This document shows, piece by piece, positions 10,055 to 19,640 of a DNA stretch of 64,000 bases (positions within the stretch are counted from its first letter, which is position 1; each line of letters starts with the position of its first letter). This DNA is from Candidatus Omnitrophota bacterium. Lineage in GTDB: Bacteria; Omnitrophota; Gorgyraeia; Duberdicusellales; 4484-171. The notes under the pieces are model-generated. The model saw only the letters and a program-made list of their open reading frames with translations, did no database searches and was not told the DNA's origin. Made by a program: the position numbers and the translations under genes. The stretch lies in assembly GCA_014729775.1 (NCBI GenBank), contig WJJJ01000006.1, forward strand, positions 16,694 to 80,693, given 5' to 3'.

Positions 10055-10684
10055 CTACCGGAAAAAGACCCGGTACACTTTTAATTTTTTTTCATGCGAC
10101 TGCTCCGGAAACCGGAACGGGAGGAACTCTTTTCGCAGCCGTACCGACGTGCGGTAAGGCATCAGCACGTATTCCCCGTTCGCCCGTAGTACCGGCTCCC
10201 GACGGAGCAGGACCCCGTCCGCGTAATATTCAAGCATAAGATCGACCCTCTCTATCGGCCGGTCCCCGGTATTGCGTAATACCGTAACCAAATCATACAT
10301 CGGCGGCAGCCCTTCGGGCGACGACGTCTCCATCAGTTCCCAGTGTACGATCTCCACCTGGCCGGCAGCCTGCTGGGCCCGCAGATCAACGACATAACGG
10401 TACCCTTCCCATCCGAAAAATCCGATACCGCCGGCGCATATCACTATCACAATAATTTTCAGCGCCGGATACATCTTCCGCCAGTCAAACCAGATCCGCC
10501 CTGGGGACGGTCCGGCAGAGGATTCCCCGCGGCCGGAAAAGAACATAAAGAGCGCGGCGCCGGCTAAGGCCGTCGCCCACACCGCGGCAAGCGCGGCGCC
10601 GGCAAGAAAAAAAAGCACGGCCAGCAGTGCCAGCAGACAGGCAAAAAGCGCGCATACCTTTTTCTGCGCGGAATTCATGTACAT
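10055..10684 (-). CDS. hypothetical membrane protein
   Basis: Three predicted TM helices and a soluble C-terminal domain. No recognisable motif. Confidence 0.4.
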   Translation of the reverse strand: MYMNSAQKKVCALFACLLALLAVLFFLAGAALAAVWATALAGAALFMFFSGRGESSAGPSPGRIWFDWRKMYPALKIIVIVICAGGIGFFGWEGYRYVVDLRAQQAAGQVEIVHWELMETSSPEGLPPMYDLVTVLRNTGDRPIERVDLMLEYYADGVLLRREPVLRANGEYVLMPYRTSVRLRKEFLPFRFPEQSHEKKLKVYRVFFR

Positions 10685-10693
10685 CTTCCTTCC

Positions 10694-11281
10694 TTACCGT
10701 TTCTTTTTTTTGGCCGAAACCGAAAATTCAGCCGCTTTCTTCACAATATGCGGCACGAGTTCATCGATATCATGCCCGGAATTCACTTTCACGGTCACGT
10801 CGGCGTATTTCCTGTAGAGAGGAACGCGTTCGCGGTAAAGCGCCTCGATACCCCCGTTCCCTGTGCCGACAATGCCCCGGGAACGGTCATCCCGGATCCA
10901 ATCTTTCACGTCCCGCGCCGAAGCGGAAAGATAGACGACAATGGTATGGGCGCGGAGAAATTTCATCGCGCGCGGTGAATATACCGCGCTGCCTCCCGGT
11001 GAGATCACGGCTCTGAGCGTGGTCAGAGGAAGACTTCGAATCACCTTGTCTTCCCACTGAAGGAACCGCTTCTCGCCCAATACCTCAACAATGCGCGCCA
11101 ACGGTTTATTGAGCGTCAATTCCATGATTTTATCGGTGTCAAAAAACGCCCATTTCATATACTCGGAAACCTCCCGGCCAAGTACGCTCTTCCCCACGCC
11201 GGGCATGCCGATGAATGAAACATTGGGGATATCTGCCTGAAAAGAATCCTCGTAATAGCTCATGGGATCACGAAACTCCAA
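10694..11281 (-). CDS. aroK: shikimate kinase
   Basis: Walker A FIGMPGVGKS, FFDTD, lid region. Its size matches aroK. Confidence 0.8.
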   Translation of the reverse strand: MEFRDPMSYYEDSFQADIPNVSFIGMPGVGKSVLGREVSEYMKWAFFDTDKIMELTLNKPLARIVEVLGEKRFLQWEDKVIRSLPLTTLRAVISPGGSAVYSPRAMKFLRAHTIVVYLSASARDVKDWIRDDRSRGIVGTGNGGIEALYRERVPLYRKYADVTVKVNSGHDIDELVPHIVKKAAEFSVSAKKKKR

Positions 11282-11879
11282 CGGCAGAACGAACCACCGC
11301 TTCTGCCAAAGAAATCACCGGATCAAGAATTCCGGTCGCAAGTAGAAAAATCAAAATAAAAAAACTAAACGGCTCAATACGCGCGAATACCCGTTGCGCT
11401 GACGCGGGCAAAAAGGTGAAAAGCACCCGGGATCCGTCCAGCGGCGGCAGAGGAAGAAGATTGAACAGCCCGAGGATGATATTGATGCGTATCACGATCT
11501 CCAACACCTTTATCATGACGGGATTGAGCGTCATGAACCTCAAAGCGGCAAAAGACAGGACCGCGATAAAAAAATTCACCGCGCATCCTGAAAGAGCCAC
11601 CGCGACCCGGGCAAAACGGGAATCCCTCAGGACGCCGTAATTGACCGGAACCGGTTTTGCCCAGCCGAATCCGACGAGCAATACCATCAGGGCCCCGATC
11701 GGATCAATATGAACTGCCGGATTCAGCGACAAACGTCCGTCTCGATAGGCGGTCTCATCCCCGAACAAAAGCGCAGCAGTGCCGTGGGCGACTTCATGAA
11801 AAATCACCGAATAGAGCAGCAACGTGGTGAGAATGACAAATACCAGCGGACTCTGGAAAAATAAGCTCAATAATCCCAT
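11268..11879 (-). CDS. site-2 protease family (M50) zinc metalloprotease
   Basis: HEVAHG zinc motif inside a TM helix; LPLPPLDGSR motif. Confidence 0.75.
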   Translation of the reverse strand: MGLLSLFFQSPLVFVILTTLLLYSVIFHEVAHGTAALLFGDETAYRDGRLSLNPAVHIDPIGALMVLLVGFGWAKPVPVNYGVLRDSRFARVAVALSGCAVNFFIAVLSFAALRFMTLNPVMIKVLEIVIRINIILGLFNLLPLPPLDGSRVLFTFLPASAQRVFARIEPFSFFILIFLLATGILDPVISLAEAVVRSAVGVS

Positions 11880-11894
11880 CTGCTTTCCCGCGCG

Positions 11895-12461
11895 TTATTT
11901 CTTTTCCCAGACATGCTTCCCCTTGGTCTTATCGTACCGCTCAAACCAATCTCCCGACGCGGCTCTTTTGTAGTGATCCCGGAAAAAGATCCGTTCGACC
12001 TGAGAGACCTCGAGGTTGTTTTTTGCCGCGGTGACACGGTAAATCTGCCGTCTGGCTTTATTTTCTTTCTCAATGACCTGTTGAATTTCCTCTTTTTTTT
12101 CGGGAGCAATGTTCATGTCGATCAGTTCGATGTACCCGTTACGGTTCTCGCCGACATAACCGGCTTCAAAAAACCGTTTGACTTTCGGCGCCAGTTCTTT
12201 CCTCACGGCGATCGCGTCCTCGATCTGAACGCCGGAATCCTGCGCGTAGACATTCTGAATACCGAACAGCCAATTGAGCTGAGTGGGGGAATCTCCGTAA
12301 ATCTGATCTTCGATACTGTCGGCTTCCTCAACCACGTGCTGGTAGACGTCGACCCGCATGTTGATATCTACCTTCAACGGGTCTTTTGTCTGCAGCTGAA
12401 CCCGGGGTGTGCATGCCGCCGCGCACAGCAAAGCCGTAATAAAAAAGAATATCGGTCTCAT
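11895..12461 (-). CDS. lipoprotein, fused YnbE-like (N-term) and YdbL-like DUF1318 (C-term) domains
   Basis: Lipobox LLCAAAC. CTPRVQLQTKDPLKVDINMRVDV resembles E. coli YnbE (CTPRIEVAAPKEPITINMNVKI). The C-terminal GYVGENRNGYIELID...ENKARRQIYRVTAAKNNL..SQVERIFF matches the YdbL family. Confidence 0.55.
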   Translation of the reverse strand: MRPIFFFITALLCAAACTPRVQLQTKDPLKVDINMRVDVYQHVVEEADSIEDQIYGDSPTQLNWLFGIQNVYAQDSGVQIEDAIAVRKELAPKVKRFFEAGYVGENRNGYIELIDMNIAPEKKEEIQQVIEKENKARRQIYRVTAAKNNLEVSQVERIFFRDHYKRAASGDWFERYDKTKGKHVWEKK

Positions 12462-13591
12462 TGTTCACCTCCGCGGATATCGTGAAAATACACCGTGAAA
12501 TTCCGTTCTCCCATTTCCTCCGAAAAAAAACGCAGTTCAAGCATGAGCCCGTCCGGGGCCCGGGACAACTCCCAGGAAGCTCCATTATACCGGTAATCTT
12601 GCAAGTTGGCAACGAGAGCCCGGTAGGCGCGCGGGGTCATCCGCTTCTGCAGAAACGGAAAGGGCTTCTCCTGTTTGATCTGCACCTTTCCGCCGTCGCT
12701 GTTCTCCAGCAGTCCGCTCACCCGGGGCAAACCGCCAGCGCCGTTCGCGCACAGCCGCAAATCGCCGCTGAACGCTCCCGTGATCGTCACTTTTTCCTTC
12801 CCGCCGGCCAGCTGCACCAGGGAAGCAGCGGAAATATTGCTCGCCGACAGCCGGACACACGCCGGAACGAATTCGGCGAGGTCTACCCTGCCGGCCAAAG
12901 TCCCGCGGGCTCCCAGCAGCGGATGCGAAAATTCTTTCAGAATATAGGACATGCCCCTTTTTTCGACAGGCACTCGAATCGGAACAATATCCTTTCCTTT
13001 GAGCGAAATACCGGAAAGTTCCAGCACCAACCCATCCTGCGGACATTCCCGCAGGATGATCTGATCGATTTTCAACGGGCCCGTCTCAATCCGTCCATCG
13101 CGGACGGTCAGATTCTTCACCGCGGAAATTCCTTTCCCGCGGATCATCAGATCAACATCACCCTGTACCGTCAGCGGAAACGGCTCCCGCATCTTGATCC
13201 TGCCCCGGTCCACGCGTACCGCGACGGGAGGAGCACGGGAACCTCCGGACGGCATTGGGACGCCTGTTCCCGAAACGAGATCTTTGAAACCGCGCGCCTC
13301 CACCGCGATTTGTTCGATCGTAACCGAGGTAAGCTCCGGCTGAGCGATTCCCTGCCATCGAAAACGCAGAGTAACGCGGGCACAGGTGAGACTGGCGTGC
13401 GGTTTATCGGCGCGGAAATCGTAAAGGGTGAGAGAATTAAATCCGCTCTCCACGCGTCCAACCGCGAGCGAACCGCCGAGATACCGCGGTGCTGTCCGTA
13501 AAAGACAGACTTTGATCAGAAGATTCCTTCCGCATACCAATGACAGCAGTACGAACAGCACTCCGGCCGCGATCTTTGTTCGGAGCCTCAC
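12458..13591 (-). CDS. YdbH-like (AsmA-family) membrane-anchored protein, short form
   Basis: GTG start at 13591 overlaps the rhomboid stop (GTGA). It has an N-terminal TM helix (IAAGVLFVLLSLVCG) and is translationally coupled (4-nt overlap) to the YnbE/YdbL lipoprotein, as in the ydbH-ynbE-ydbL operon. Confidence 0.45.
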   Translation of the reverse strand: MRLRTKIAAGVLFVLLSLVCGRNLLIKVCLLRTAPRYLGGSLAVGRVESGFNSLTLYDFRADKPHASLTCARVTLRFRWQGIAQPELTSVTIEQIAVEARGFKDLVSGTGVPMPSGGSRAPPVAVRVDRGRIKMREPFPLTVQGDVDLMIRGKGISAVKNLTVRDGRIETGPLKIDQIILRECPQDGLVLELSGISLKGKDIVPIRVPVEKRGMSYILKEFSHPLLGARGTLAGRVDLAEFVPACVRLSASNISAASLVQLAGGKEKVTITGAFSGDLRLCANGAGGLPRVSGLLENSDGGKVQIKQEKPFPFLQKRMTPRAYRALVANLQDYRYNGASWELSRAPDGLMLELRFFSEEMGERNFTVYFHDIRGGEQ

Positions 13592-14385
13592 TCGCGGCTT
13601 TCCTTTTCCAGAATTTTTCTTTCTCTCCTGGTAAGAGAATCCATGCCCTCCCGGGAAATCTTTTCCAGTATCCGGTCCATTTCCCTGCGCCTGTCCGCGT
13701 GTCCGTCTTTCCCAGAGCCGAGCCACTGACGAAGCCGGTTTTTCAAAGCGTTCCAGGAAAAAATCCGGGCGGCAAAGAACCGAAACCGTTCCTGTTTGAC
13801 GTACAGGTACCCGATCCCCAGTCCCGCCAAATGAGCACTGTGGGCAATGCCTCCTCTTGGAGAGCCGAGCAGTGCCATTAATGTCAGACCGATGAATAAG
13901 AAAACCGCGTATTTGATCTTCATCGGAAACAGAAACAATACCAAGACCACGGTTTCGGGAAACATCACGGCGTAAGCGGCAAGCAGACCGAATATCGCGC
14001 CCGACGCGCCCACGATCGGGACCCCGGATCCCGGAGCAAGCAAAAAGCTGCACAGTCCCGCCCCGACGCCGGTGAGAAAATAGAATTTCAAGAACTCCCT
14101 TTTTCCCCACGCGGCCTCGATCCCGGGACCGAAAAAATACAATACCATCATGTTCACCAACAGATGGAAGAGTCCTCCATGAAGGAAAAGGTAGGTCACG
14201 AACTGCCAGATCATCAGGCGGGAGAACACCAGTACCGGCACCAGCCCGAACACGCGGAACCACGGAAAGTGGGCGAATATCGTACTTAGTAAAAACACGA
14301 CGACGTTCGCGATCAGCAGATTTTTTACCCCGGGAGTGATTCCGTATCCCGGATCGAATTGCGTATAGGTGCGATAGGGCGACAT
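13588..14385 (-). CDS. rhomboid family intramembrane serine protease
   Basis: GASGAIFG catalytic Ser motif, HLAGL catalytic His, six TM helices. Confidence 0.8.
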   Translation of the reverse strand: MSPYRTYTQFDPGYGITPGVKNLLIANVVVFLLSTIFAHFPWFRVFGLVPVLVFSRLMIWQFVTYLFLHGGLFHLLVNMMVLYFFGPGIEAAWGKREFLKFYFLTGVGAGLCSFLLAPGSGVPIVGASGAIFGLLAAYAVMFPETVVLVLFLFPMKIKYAVFLFIGLTLMALLGSPRGGIAHSAHLAGLGIGYLYVKQERFRFFAARIFSWNALKNRLRQWLGSGKDGHADRRREMDRILEKISREGMDSLTRRERKILEKESRE

Positions 14386-14411
14386 TGATACTCCTTTACA
14401 GCGGCGGGTTA

Positions 14412-14972
14412 TTATGCCTTGTTTTTCGCGAGCATGTTACAGAACAGCTGACCCTGTTCAATGGCATCATCAAGCGCGACATGCGTTTTCCGATTCTGAT
14501 CAAACCATTCCTTAGGCATAGTGCTTTTGGTCACTTTCAAAAAGGGCATTTTCAAAACCGCGGCGGCATAGGACTTCACGTCTAAAGCCACATAGGAAAA
14601 AGGACTTTCTCCCGTGAATTTCATCAGATACCAGAGCACGAATAAGAAATCGAACGACGCCGGGTACGCCACGAATACCGGCTTCCCGGGCAGGGAATGA
14701 ATCCACTGCACATACTCATTCATGGCTTTTTCGGGATCCTGGGGATTCTTCCGGGCTTCCTCCCAGGCCTTCGTCCTGGATTTCCACCACTGCATCGTAT
14801 CCGGATCCTGTCCCGCGCCCGGAAGTTCGGCCAGATTCACGCTGAACGTAGAAACCAGTTCCTTCCCGGCGGTAAACGCGGCCGACCCCAAACTCAGCAT
14901 CGAATACTGGCCGGGAACCGGGCCGTCCGCTTCAATATCCGTACTCACATATATTTCCTTTGCGTCTTTCAC
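14412..14972 (-). CDS. DEDDh-type 3'-5' exonuclease domain protein
   Basis: Exo I DIEADGP, Exo [11 protein letters not shown], Exo III H-x4-D (HVALDDAIE). Confidence 0.55.
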   Translation of the reverse strand: MKDAKEIYVSTDIEADGPVPGQYSMLSLGSAAFTAGKELVSTFSVNLAELPGAGQDPDTMQWWKSRTKAWEEARKNPQDPEKAMNEYVQWIHSLPGKPVFVAYPASFDFLFVLWYLMKFTGESPFSYVALDVKSYAAAVLKMPFLKVTKSTMPKEWFDQNRKTHVALDDAIEQGQLFCNMLAKNKA

Positions 14973-15184
14973 GAGGTTCTCCAGATCATCCGGATCTCCA
15001 GTACTTCACCGCAGTCAGGGCAGCGGAACATCTGTCTTTTGGGATCCACCCATTCCACGTATTCATGTCCCTCTACAATCCTGCCGCAAAAATCACATTT
15101 ATAGAGTTCCTCTTCATCTTTGGGAAACAGCGGACCGCAAGAATGATCAGACCCGGGAAATGTGTACTCGTCGCCGTATGCCAT
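14969..15184 (-). CDS. small zinc-ribbon protein
   Basis: 71 aa with two CxxC pairs (CDFCGR .. CPDCG). 4-nt overlap with the exonuclease gene. Confidence 0.45.
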   Translation of the reverse strand: MAYGDEYTFPGSDHSCGPLFPKDEEELYKCDFCGRIVEGHEYVEWVDPKRQMFRCPDCGEVLEIRMIWRTS

Positions 15185-15189
15185 AAGTA

Positions 15190-15936
15190 TTACTGGATTT
15201 CTGCGGTGAAAGTTCCCTTGATCAGCGTCTTTCCGTCTTCGGTCGGCACGCAGAGAAACACTTCTCCGGGCAAAGAGACACCGTAGGGGGTACCGAACTT
15301 CAGATACAGCACGTATCCTTCGCTGACTTCCCGCTCCCGCGGAAACTTGTCACCTTCTGACCGCCAATACAGCTGTATGCGCGGATTCATAATCGAGGGA
15401 TTGCCCGGATCGACCCGTATCACCTTATTTTCCAAGGAATCATCATCTTCTTCGGTAAACAATATGAAATAGACCGCGTTGCGGGGAAGCAGGGGATTTC
15501 CTTCCACCAATTTCAGTAAATTCCCCTGGATGCTGGCTTGCTCCAGTTTGCATTCCTGCCCGTGTATTCGGCCGGCTACCTTTGCGTGAGGAATCGAAAT
15601 CGAATCAACTTTCGCCGGACAGCCCAGAAGAGCCATTCTCTCCGCCGCATCTTCCTGCGCTGCCGCCGCCGGAACCTCCTCATCAACGACGCCGGTTCCT
15701 CCAGCGTGCGGTTTCGGCTCCGGTTTCAACACCGTCCCGTCTTCCAGTACTATTTTTTCAATGTCGTCCAGCCAATAGGTAAGATCCATCCCCAGCCAGC
15801 GTATCTTGATATACTGATCAGTCTGTTCAAGCAAAGTACCGTCGAGCGTACGTCCCGATTTCAGATGCACCTTAGTCTCCGCCCAAGCACTTATCCCTAC
15901 GCAAAAAATGAGCACCGTGAGAATAAACCTTTTCAT
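15190..15936 (-). CDS. secreted hypothetical protein carrying a shared N-terminal ~40-aa module
   Basis: Signal peptide, then KVHLKSGRTLDGTLLEQTDQYIKIRWLGMDLTYWLDDIEKI, the module shared with three other proteins in the window. Confidence 0.5.
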   Translation of the reverse strand: MKRFILTVLIFCVGISAWAETKVHLKSGRTLDGTLLEQTDQYIKIRWLGMDLTYWLDDIEKIVLEDGTVLKPEPKPHAGGTGVVDEEVPAAAAQEDAAERMALLGCPAKVDSISIPHAKVAGRIHGQECKLEQASIQGNLLKLVEGNPLLPRNAVYFILFTEEDDDSLENKVIRVDPGNPSIMNPRIQLYWRSEGDKFPREREVSEGYVLYLKFGTPYGVSLPGEVFLCVPTEDGKTLIKGTFTAEIQ

Positions 15937-15938
15937 CT

Positions 15939-16853
15939 TTACTCCACCCGTACCTTGAGCCGTTTTCCGCCCCAGTTCGTAATTCCGAAATTATCCGTAA
16001 AAAAAACGACCACCCTGTCCCAGTCTTCCTTGAATATCTTCATCGGGATGTTGTCATGCCCGATACCCGGCTCCACCTTTTTCACGTAAGGTTTATTCAT
16101 TTCATTAAACCACTTCTCCAGCTTCAGCAGAGTTTCGTAGGCGCTATCCTGATCACCGCACACCATTAATGTCCGCGGCAGACGACGCGCGTCCTCTTTA
16201 CGGAACCCCGGCGGCAGGAATCCGGCCACCATCGCGAACAGTTTCACCCGGGGATCCGCGGAGGCAACCTCAAGCCCGATCGTCCCGCCCAGAGAATACC
16301 CAACGATGCCTATTTTTTCTTTATCGGCGTTCGGGATCATTTGAGCGTAATCAACGACGCGAACGAACGTGTTTCCCCAATTGCTCCGCGCGCTTTGGAA
16401 ATAATGCACGTTGATCGCGATCACCCCTTCGTTCATCAAATCGGTCGCGAATCTTTTATACCGCTGGGCCCGGTCTCCTTGAATTCCGGCCGAACCGTGG
16501 ATCAGGATCACCACCGGACAAAGTGAGGTGCCGGGATTGTATACGTCGATCCGGACTTCATCATCTCCTACTTCTATCGTTTCCCGACTGAGCCCTTTCA
16601 CTGCTTTTGCCGCAGGGAATTCGGAAGAACCTATTTCTTCGATGTCATCCTTCCAGTAGGTAAGGATCGTCCCGTACCTTTTAACTTTGATGTATTCGTC
16701 GGTCTGTTCGATAATCGGCGCGCGGATCACCTCTCCGCGTTTCAAACGGATCACTTCCGCGAAACCCGGACCGATCCCCCCCCAAATCCCTGCCGAGAAT
16801 ACCGCCGCCGACACCCAGCACAATAAATGTTTTTTCATCGTTCTCCTCATCAC
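15939..16853 (-). CDS. secreted alpha/beta hydrolase (esterase/dienelactone-hydrolase-like) with the shared N-terminal module
   Basis: GYSLGG nucleophile elbow, a later His, and N-terminal module EVIRLKRGEVIRAPIIEQTDEYIKVKRYGTILTYWKDDIEEI. Confidence 0.65.
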   Translation of the reverse strand: MMRRTMKKHLLCWVSAAVFSAGIWGGIGPGFAEVIRLKRGEVIRAPIIEQTDEYIKVKRYGTILTYWKDDIEEIGSSEFPAAKAVKGLSRETIEVGDDEVRIDVYNPGTSLCPVVILIHGSAGIQGDRAQRYKRFATDLMNEGVIAINVHYFQSARSNWGNTFVRVVDYAQMIPNADKEKIGIVGYSLGGTIGLEVASADPRVKLFAMVAGFLPPGFRKEDARRLPRTLMVCGDQDSAYETLLKLEKWFNEMNKPYVKKVEPGIGHDNIPMKIFKEDWDRVVVFFTDNFGITNWGGKRLKVRVE

Positions 16854-17933
16854 TTATATTTTAATCCGGTTTCCGTTTTCGTCAAAGAAAAACATCCTTT
16901 TTTCGTCGATCTCCACGCCGACTTGAGCACAGTCTCCCGGAATATCCCCACGGCGGGCGACGGTCACTTCCCGTTCCGAGCCGACGTCCACGCGCGCGTA
17001 TGTTTCCTCTCCCAGAGATTCGGTATAGACCACCCTCCCGTTCATCTGCCCTCCTTCCTTAATCGTACGGGCGGCAGCCGGCCGGAATCCAAAATATACC
17101 CGCCCGTCCTGATACGGTTCCAACCCGGAGCCGAATCGTTCCGGAAGCTCTATCCTTATCCCCTCTTCGGCCAGCACCGGCCCGCCGTCGAAACCGACCT
17201 CCATACTGAGCACGTTCATCGGCGGAGTACCGATGAAACCGGCGACAAACAGCGTGCCCGGATCATGATACAACTCGCGGGGGGGCGAAATCTGCTCAAC
17301 TCTGCCTTCGCGTAACACCACTACCGCCTCTCCCAGCGACATGGCCTCCACCTGATCGTGAGTCACGTACATGATCGTTTTGCCGAGCCGCTGGTGAAGT
17401 TTGATAAACTCCCCTCTCAGTTCAATCCGCAATTTAGCGTCAAGGTTTGACAGCGGCTCGTCGAACAGAAACAGATCCGGATCACGCACGATCGCCCGGC
17501 CGGTAGCAACCCGCTGCTGCTGCCCCCCTGAAAGTTCCCGCGGATAACTATTTAATTTATGTTCGATATCCAGAATGCGGCTTACCTCCCGTACCCGCGA
17601 TGAAATCTCTTCGCGGGCAGCTTTTCTGACCCGCAGTCCGAACGCGATATTTTCGTATACGGACAGGTGCGGATAAAGCGCATAGTTTTGAAATACCATG
17701 GCGATATTGCGCCGGTAGGGCGGGCGGTGCGTCACATCCCGGCAACCGAGGAGTACCCGCCCGGCGGAAACTTCTTCAAGCCCGGCGATGCAGTTCAGCA
17801 GCGTCGATTTCCCGCATCCCGACGGACCGAGGATCACGTAGAACTTTCCCTCGGGAACGAAAAGATCAAGCTGATCAAGAGCGGTCAGCTCCCCGAACTT
17901 TTTACTCACTTTTTCCAGCTTCACTTCGGCCAT
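16854..17933 (-). CDS. sugar ABC transporter ATP-binding protein (MalK/UgpC-like)
   Basis: Walker [10 protein letters not shown], signature LSGGQQQRV, Walker [13 protein letters not shown], and a C-terminal transport-associated OB domain. Confidence 0.85.
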   Translation of the reverse strand: MAEVKLEKVSKKFGELTALDQLDLFVPEGKFYVILGPSGCGKSTLLNCIAGLEEVSAGRVLLGCRDVTHRPPYRRNIAMVFQNYALYPHLSVYENIAFGLRVRKAAREEISSRVREVSRILDIEHKLNSYPRELSGGQQQRVATGRAIVRDPDLFLFDEPLSNLDAKLRIELRGEFIKLHQRLGKTIMYVTHDQVEAMSLGEAVVVLREGRVEQISPPRELYHDPGTLFVAGFIGTPPMNVLSMEVGFDGGPVLAEEGIRIELPERFGSGLEPYQDGRVYFGFRPAAARTIKEGGQMNGRVVYTESLGEETYARVDVGSEREVTVARRGDIPGDCAQVGVEIDEKRMFFFDENGNRIKI

Positions 17934-17937
17934 GCAT

Positions 17938-18756
17938 TTATCCTTTCATCGCTCCGGAAAGATACCCGGGACGGATATACCTCTGCAGGGCAAACGTAAA
18001 AATAAGGACCGGTATCGTGATAATCACCGCATAGGTTGCCGAAGAAAAAATATTCCCCCGGGAGATATAATAATACATTTTCAGCGGCATCGTCGGTTTC
18101 GACAGTGTCAGGTAAGAGGCGTAAATGAACTCATCCCACGAAAACATGAACGAAAAAATCCCGGCCACGCTGATACCCCTTAAAGACAGCGGCAAAACTA
18201 TTTTAAAAAACGCGTAGAGACGGCCGGCCCCGTCGATCAGCGCCTGTTTCTCAAGTTCTTTCGGAAAACTGGAAAACACTCCCACCAGAATAAAACAACT
18301 GATCGGCAGAACCCGGACCAGATGCGCCAGCATTAAGCCGAAAACGGTATCGAACAGTCCCCCTTTGATGAACGTAATCGAAACCGGCAGAGCGATGCTG
18401 ATTTCCGGGATCATCCGGGTGAGAAAGATGACCAGAATCAGTCCGTACCGGGCCCGGTAGCGAAACCGGGAAATCGCGTAGGCCGCGGGCACGGTGAGCA
18501 AAAGGCTTAACACGCTCGTCCCCAGCGCGGTCACAACGCTTTTGCTCAACGGCGCGAAGAACACGCTGCCGGAAGCGAGCACGTCGCGGAAATGGCTGAG
18601 AGTAAAATGCCGTACCAAATAGGGCGGATTCTGCGTAAACACGTCCCGGGGCGCGCTGACCGATATTTTCAACATGATATACATCGGAAAAACCAGCAGG
18701 CAGACGAGGATGAGTACCGTCATCCAGAAAAAAGTCCGTTTGACTGGTCTATTCAT
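17938..18756 (-). CDS. carbohydrate ABC transporter permease (MalG/UgpE-like)
   Basis: Six TM helices with the EAA loop. Start chosen at MNRPVKRT, giving a 4-nt overlap with the upstream permease. Confidence 0.8.
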   Translation of the reverse strand: MNRPVKRTFFWMTVLILVCLLVFPMYIMLKISVSAPRDVFTQNPPYLVRHFTLSHFRDVLASGSVFFAPLSKSVVTALGTSVLSLLLTVPAAYAISRFRYRARYGLILVIFLTRMIPEISIALPVSITFIKGGLFDTVFGLMLAHLVRVLPISCFILVGVFSSFPKELEKQALIDGAGRLYAFFKIVLPLSLRGISVAGIFSFMFSWDEFIYASYLTLSKPTMPLKMYYYISRGNIFSSATYAVIITIPVLIFTFALQRYIRPGYLSGAMKG

Positions 18757-19640
18757 GCGCCCGCGATTCCTTTCCTGCCTGCCGTTTTCAGATAGATCAA
18801 TACCGCGCACAGGATCATCCCCAGCAGAATAACCGAACTTGCCGCGGAAGTGTAGGGATTATTGTATTCCTGGTACTCCAGATAGGCGAAGGTGCCGATC
18901 ACTTTCAGGTTCTGTCCCATCAGGATCAGCGGCACCGCGAAAATACGGAACGCATCGACCCCTCGGATAATCACCGCGGCGGTAATCGACGGTACCAGCA
19001 GCGGCAGGGTAATCCGCCGGAACGTATAGAACACGCCCGCTCCGTCGATCCGGGCCGCCTTGTAGAGCACCGGATCGATCGACTGCAGACCGGATAAAAG
19101 GATCAGCATCACGATCGGTGTGACCTTCCAGCTGTCGGCGAGACTGACCATGACAATCGACCGCCACCCTCCGGACATCCAGTACACCGGCTCATTCAAT
19201 ACGCCCAGGTCCATGAGAATGCGGTTAATCCATCCCTGACCGGAAAACAGATAACTCATCATCACGCCGACGACTGCCGTGGGAATCGCTAAGGGAAGAA
19301 TAAAGACCGGCCGCAGGAACCGGATAACCCGAGAGCTTTTTGAAAGGATCAGCGCAAACAAGAACCCCAGACCGATCTCGATCGAAAGACTCAAAAAAGC
19401 GATAGAAACCGTATGAAACATCGCCAGACGGAACCCCTCCTGGGCAAACAATTCGCGGTAGTGGCTCATTGTAAGGCCGTTTCCTTCCACCGGCTCAAGA
19501 CTGAGCAATACCGTACGTGCAATCGGAACGACGGTCAGCACGCAGAGAAAAATCAGCAGCGGAAGGATACAGATAAGTTCGAAATGTTTCTTTCGCGCGC
19601 GACGCGCCAGCAACGGAAAAAAGGATAACAAACGGTTCAT
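18753..19640 (-). CDS. carbohydrate ABC transporter permease (MalF/UgpA-like)
   Basis: TM helices with EAA-like motif (KAARIDGAGVFYTFRRITLPLL). Confidence 0.8.
   Translation of the reverse strand: MNRLLSFFPLLARRARKKHFELICILPLLIFLCVLTVVPIARTVLLSLEPVEGNGLTMSHYRELFAQEGFRLAMFHTVSIAFLSLSIEIGLGFLFALILSKSSRVIRFLRPVFILPLAIPTAVVGVMMSYLFSGQGWINRILMDLGVLNEPVYWMSGGWRSIVMVSLADSWKVTPIVMLILLSGLQSIDPVLYKAARIDGAGVFYTFRRITLPLLVPSITAAVIIRGVDAFRIFAVPLILMGQNLKVIGTFAYLEYQEYNNPYTSAASSVILLGMILCAVLIYLKTAGRKGIAGA

Noticed and set aside
9169-10239. Long + strand ORFs (9169-10239, 12461-13501, 31829-33175, 33250-33927, 41182-42270, 53390-54529 and others) antisense to conserved minus-strand genes
   Set aside because: Their translations are Arg/Pro/Gly-rich low-complexity sequences typical of open antisense frames in GC-rich DNA. 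Each overlaps a minus-strand gene with clear family motifs, and none has a recognisable motif or RBS.
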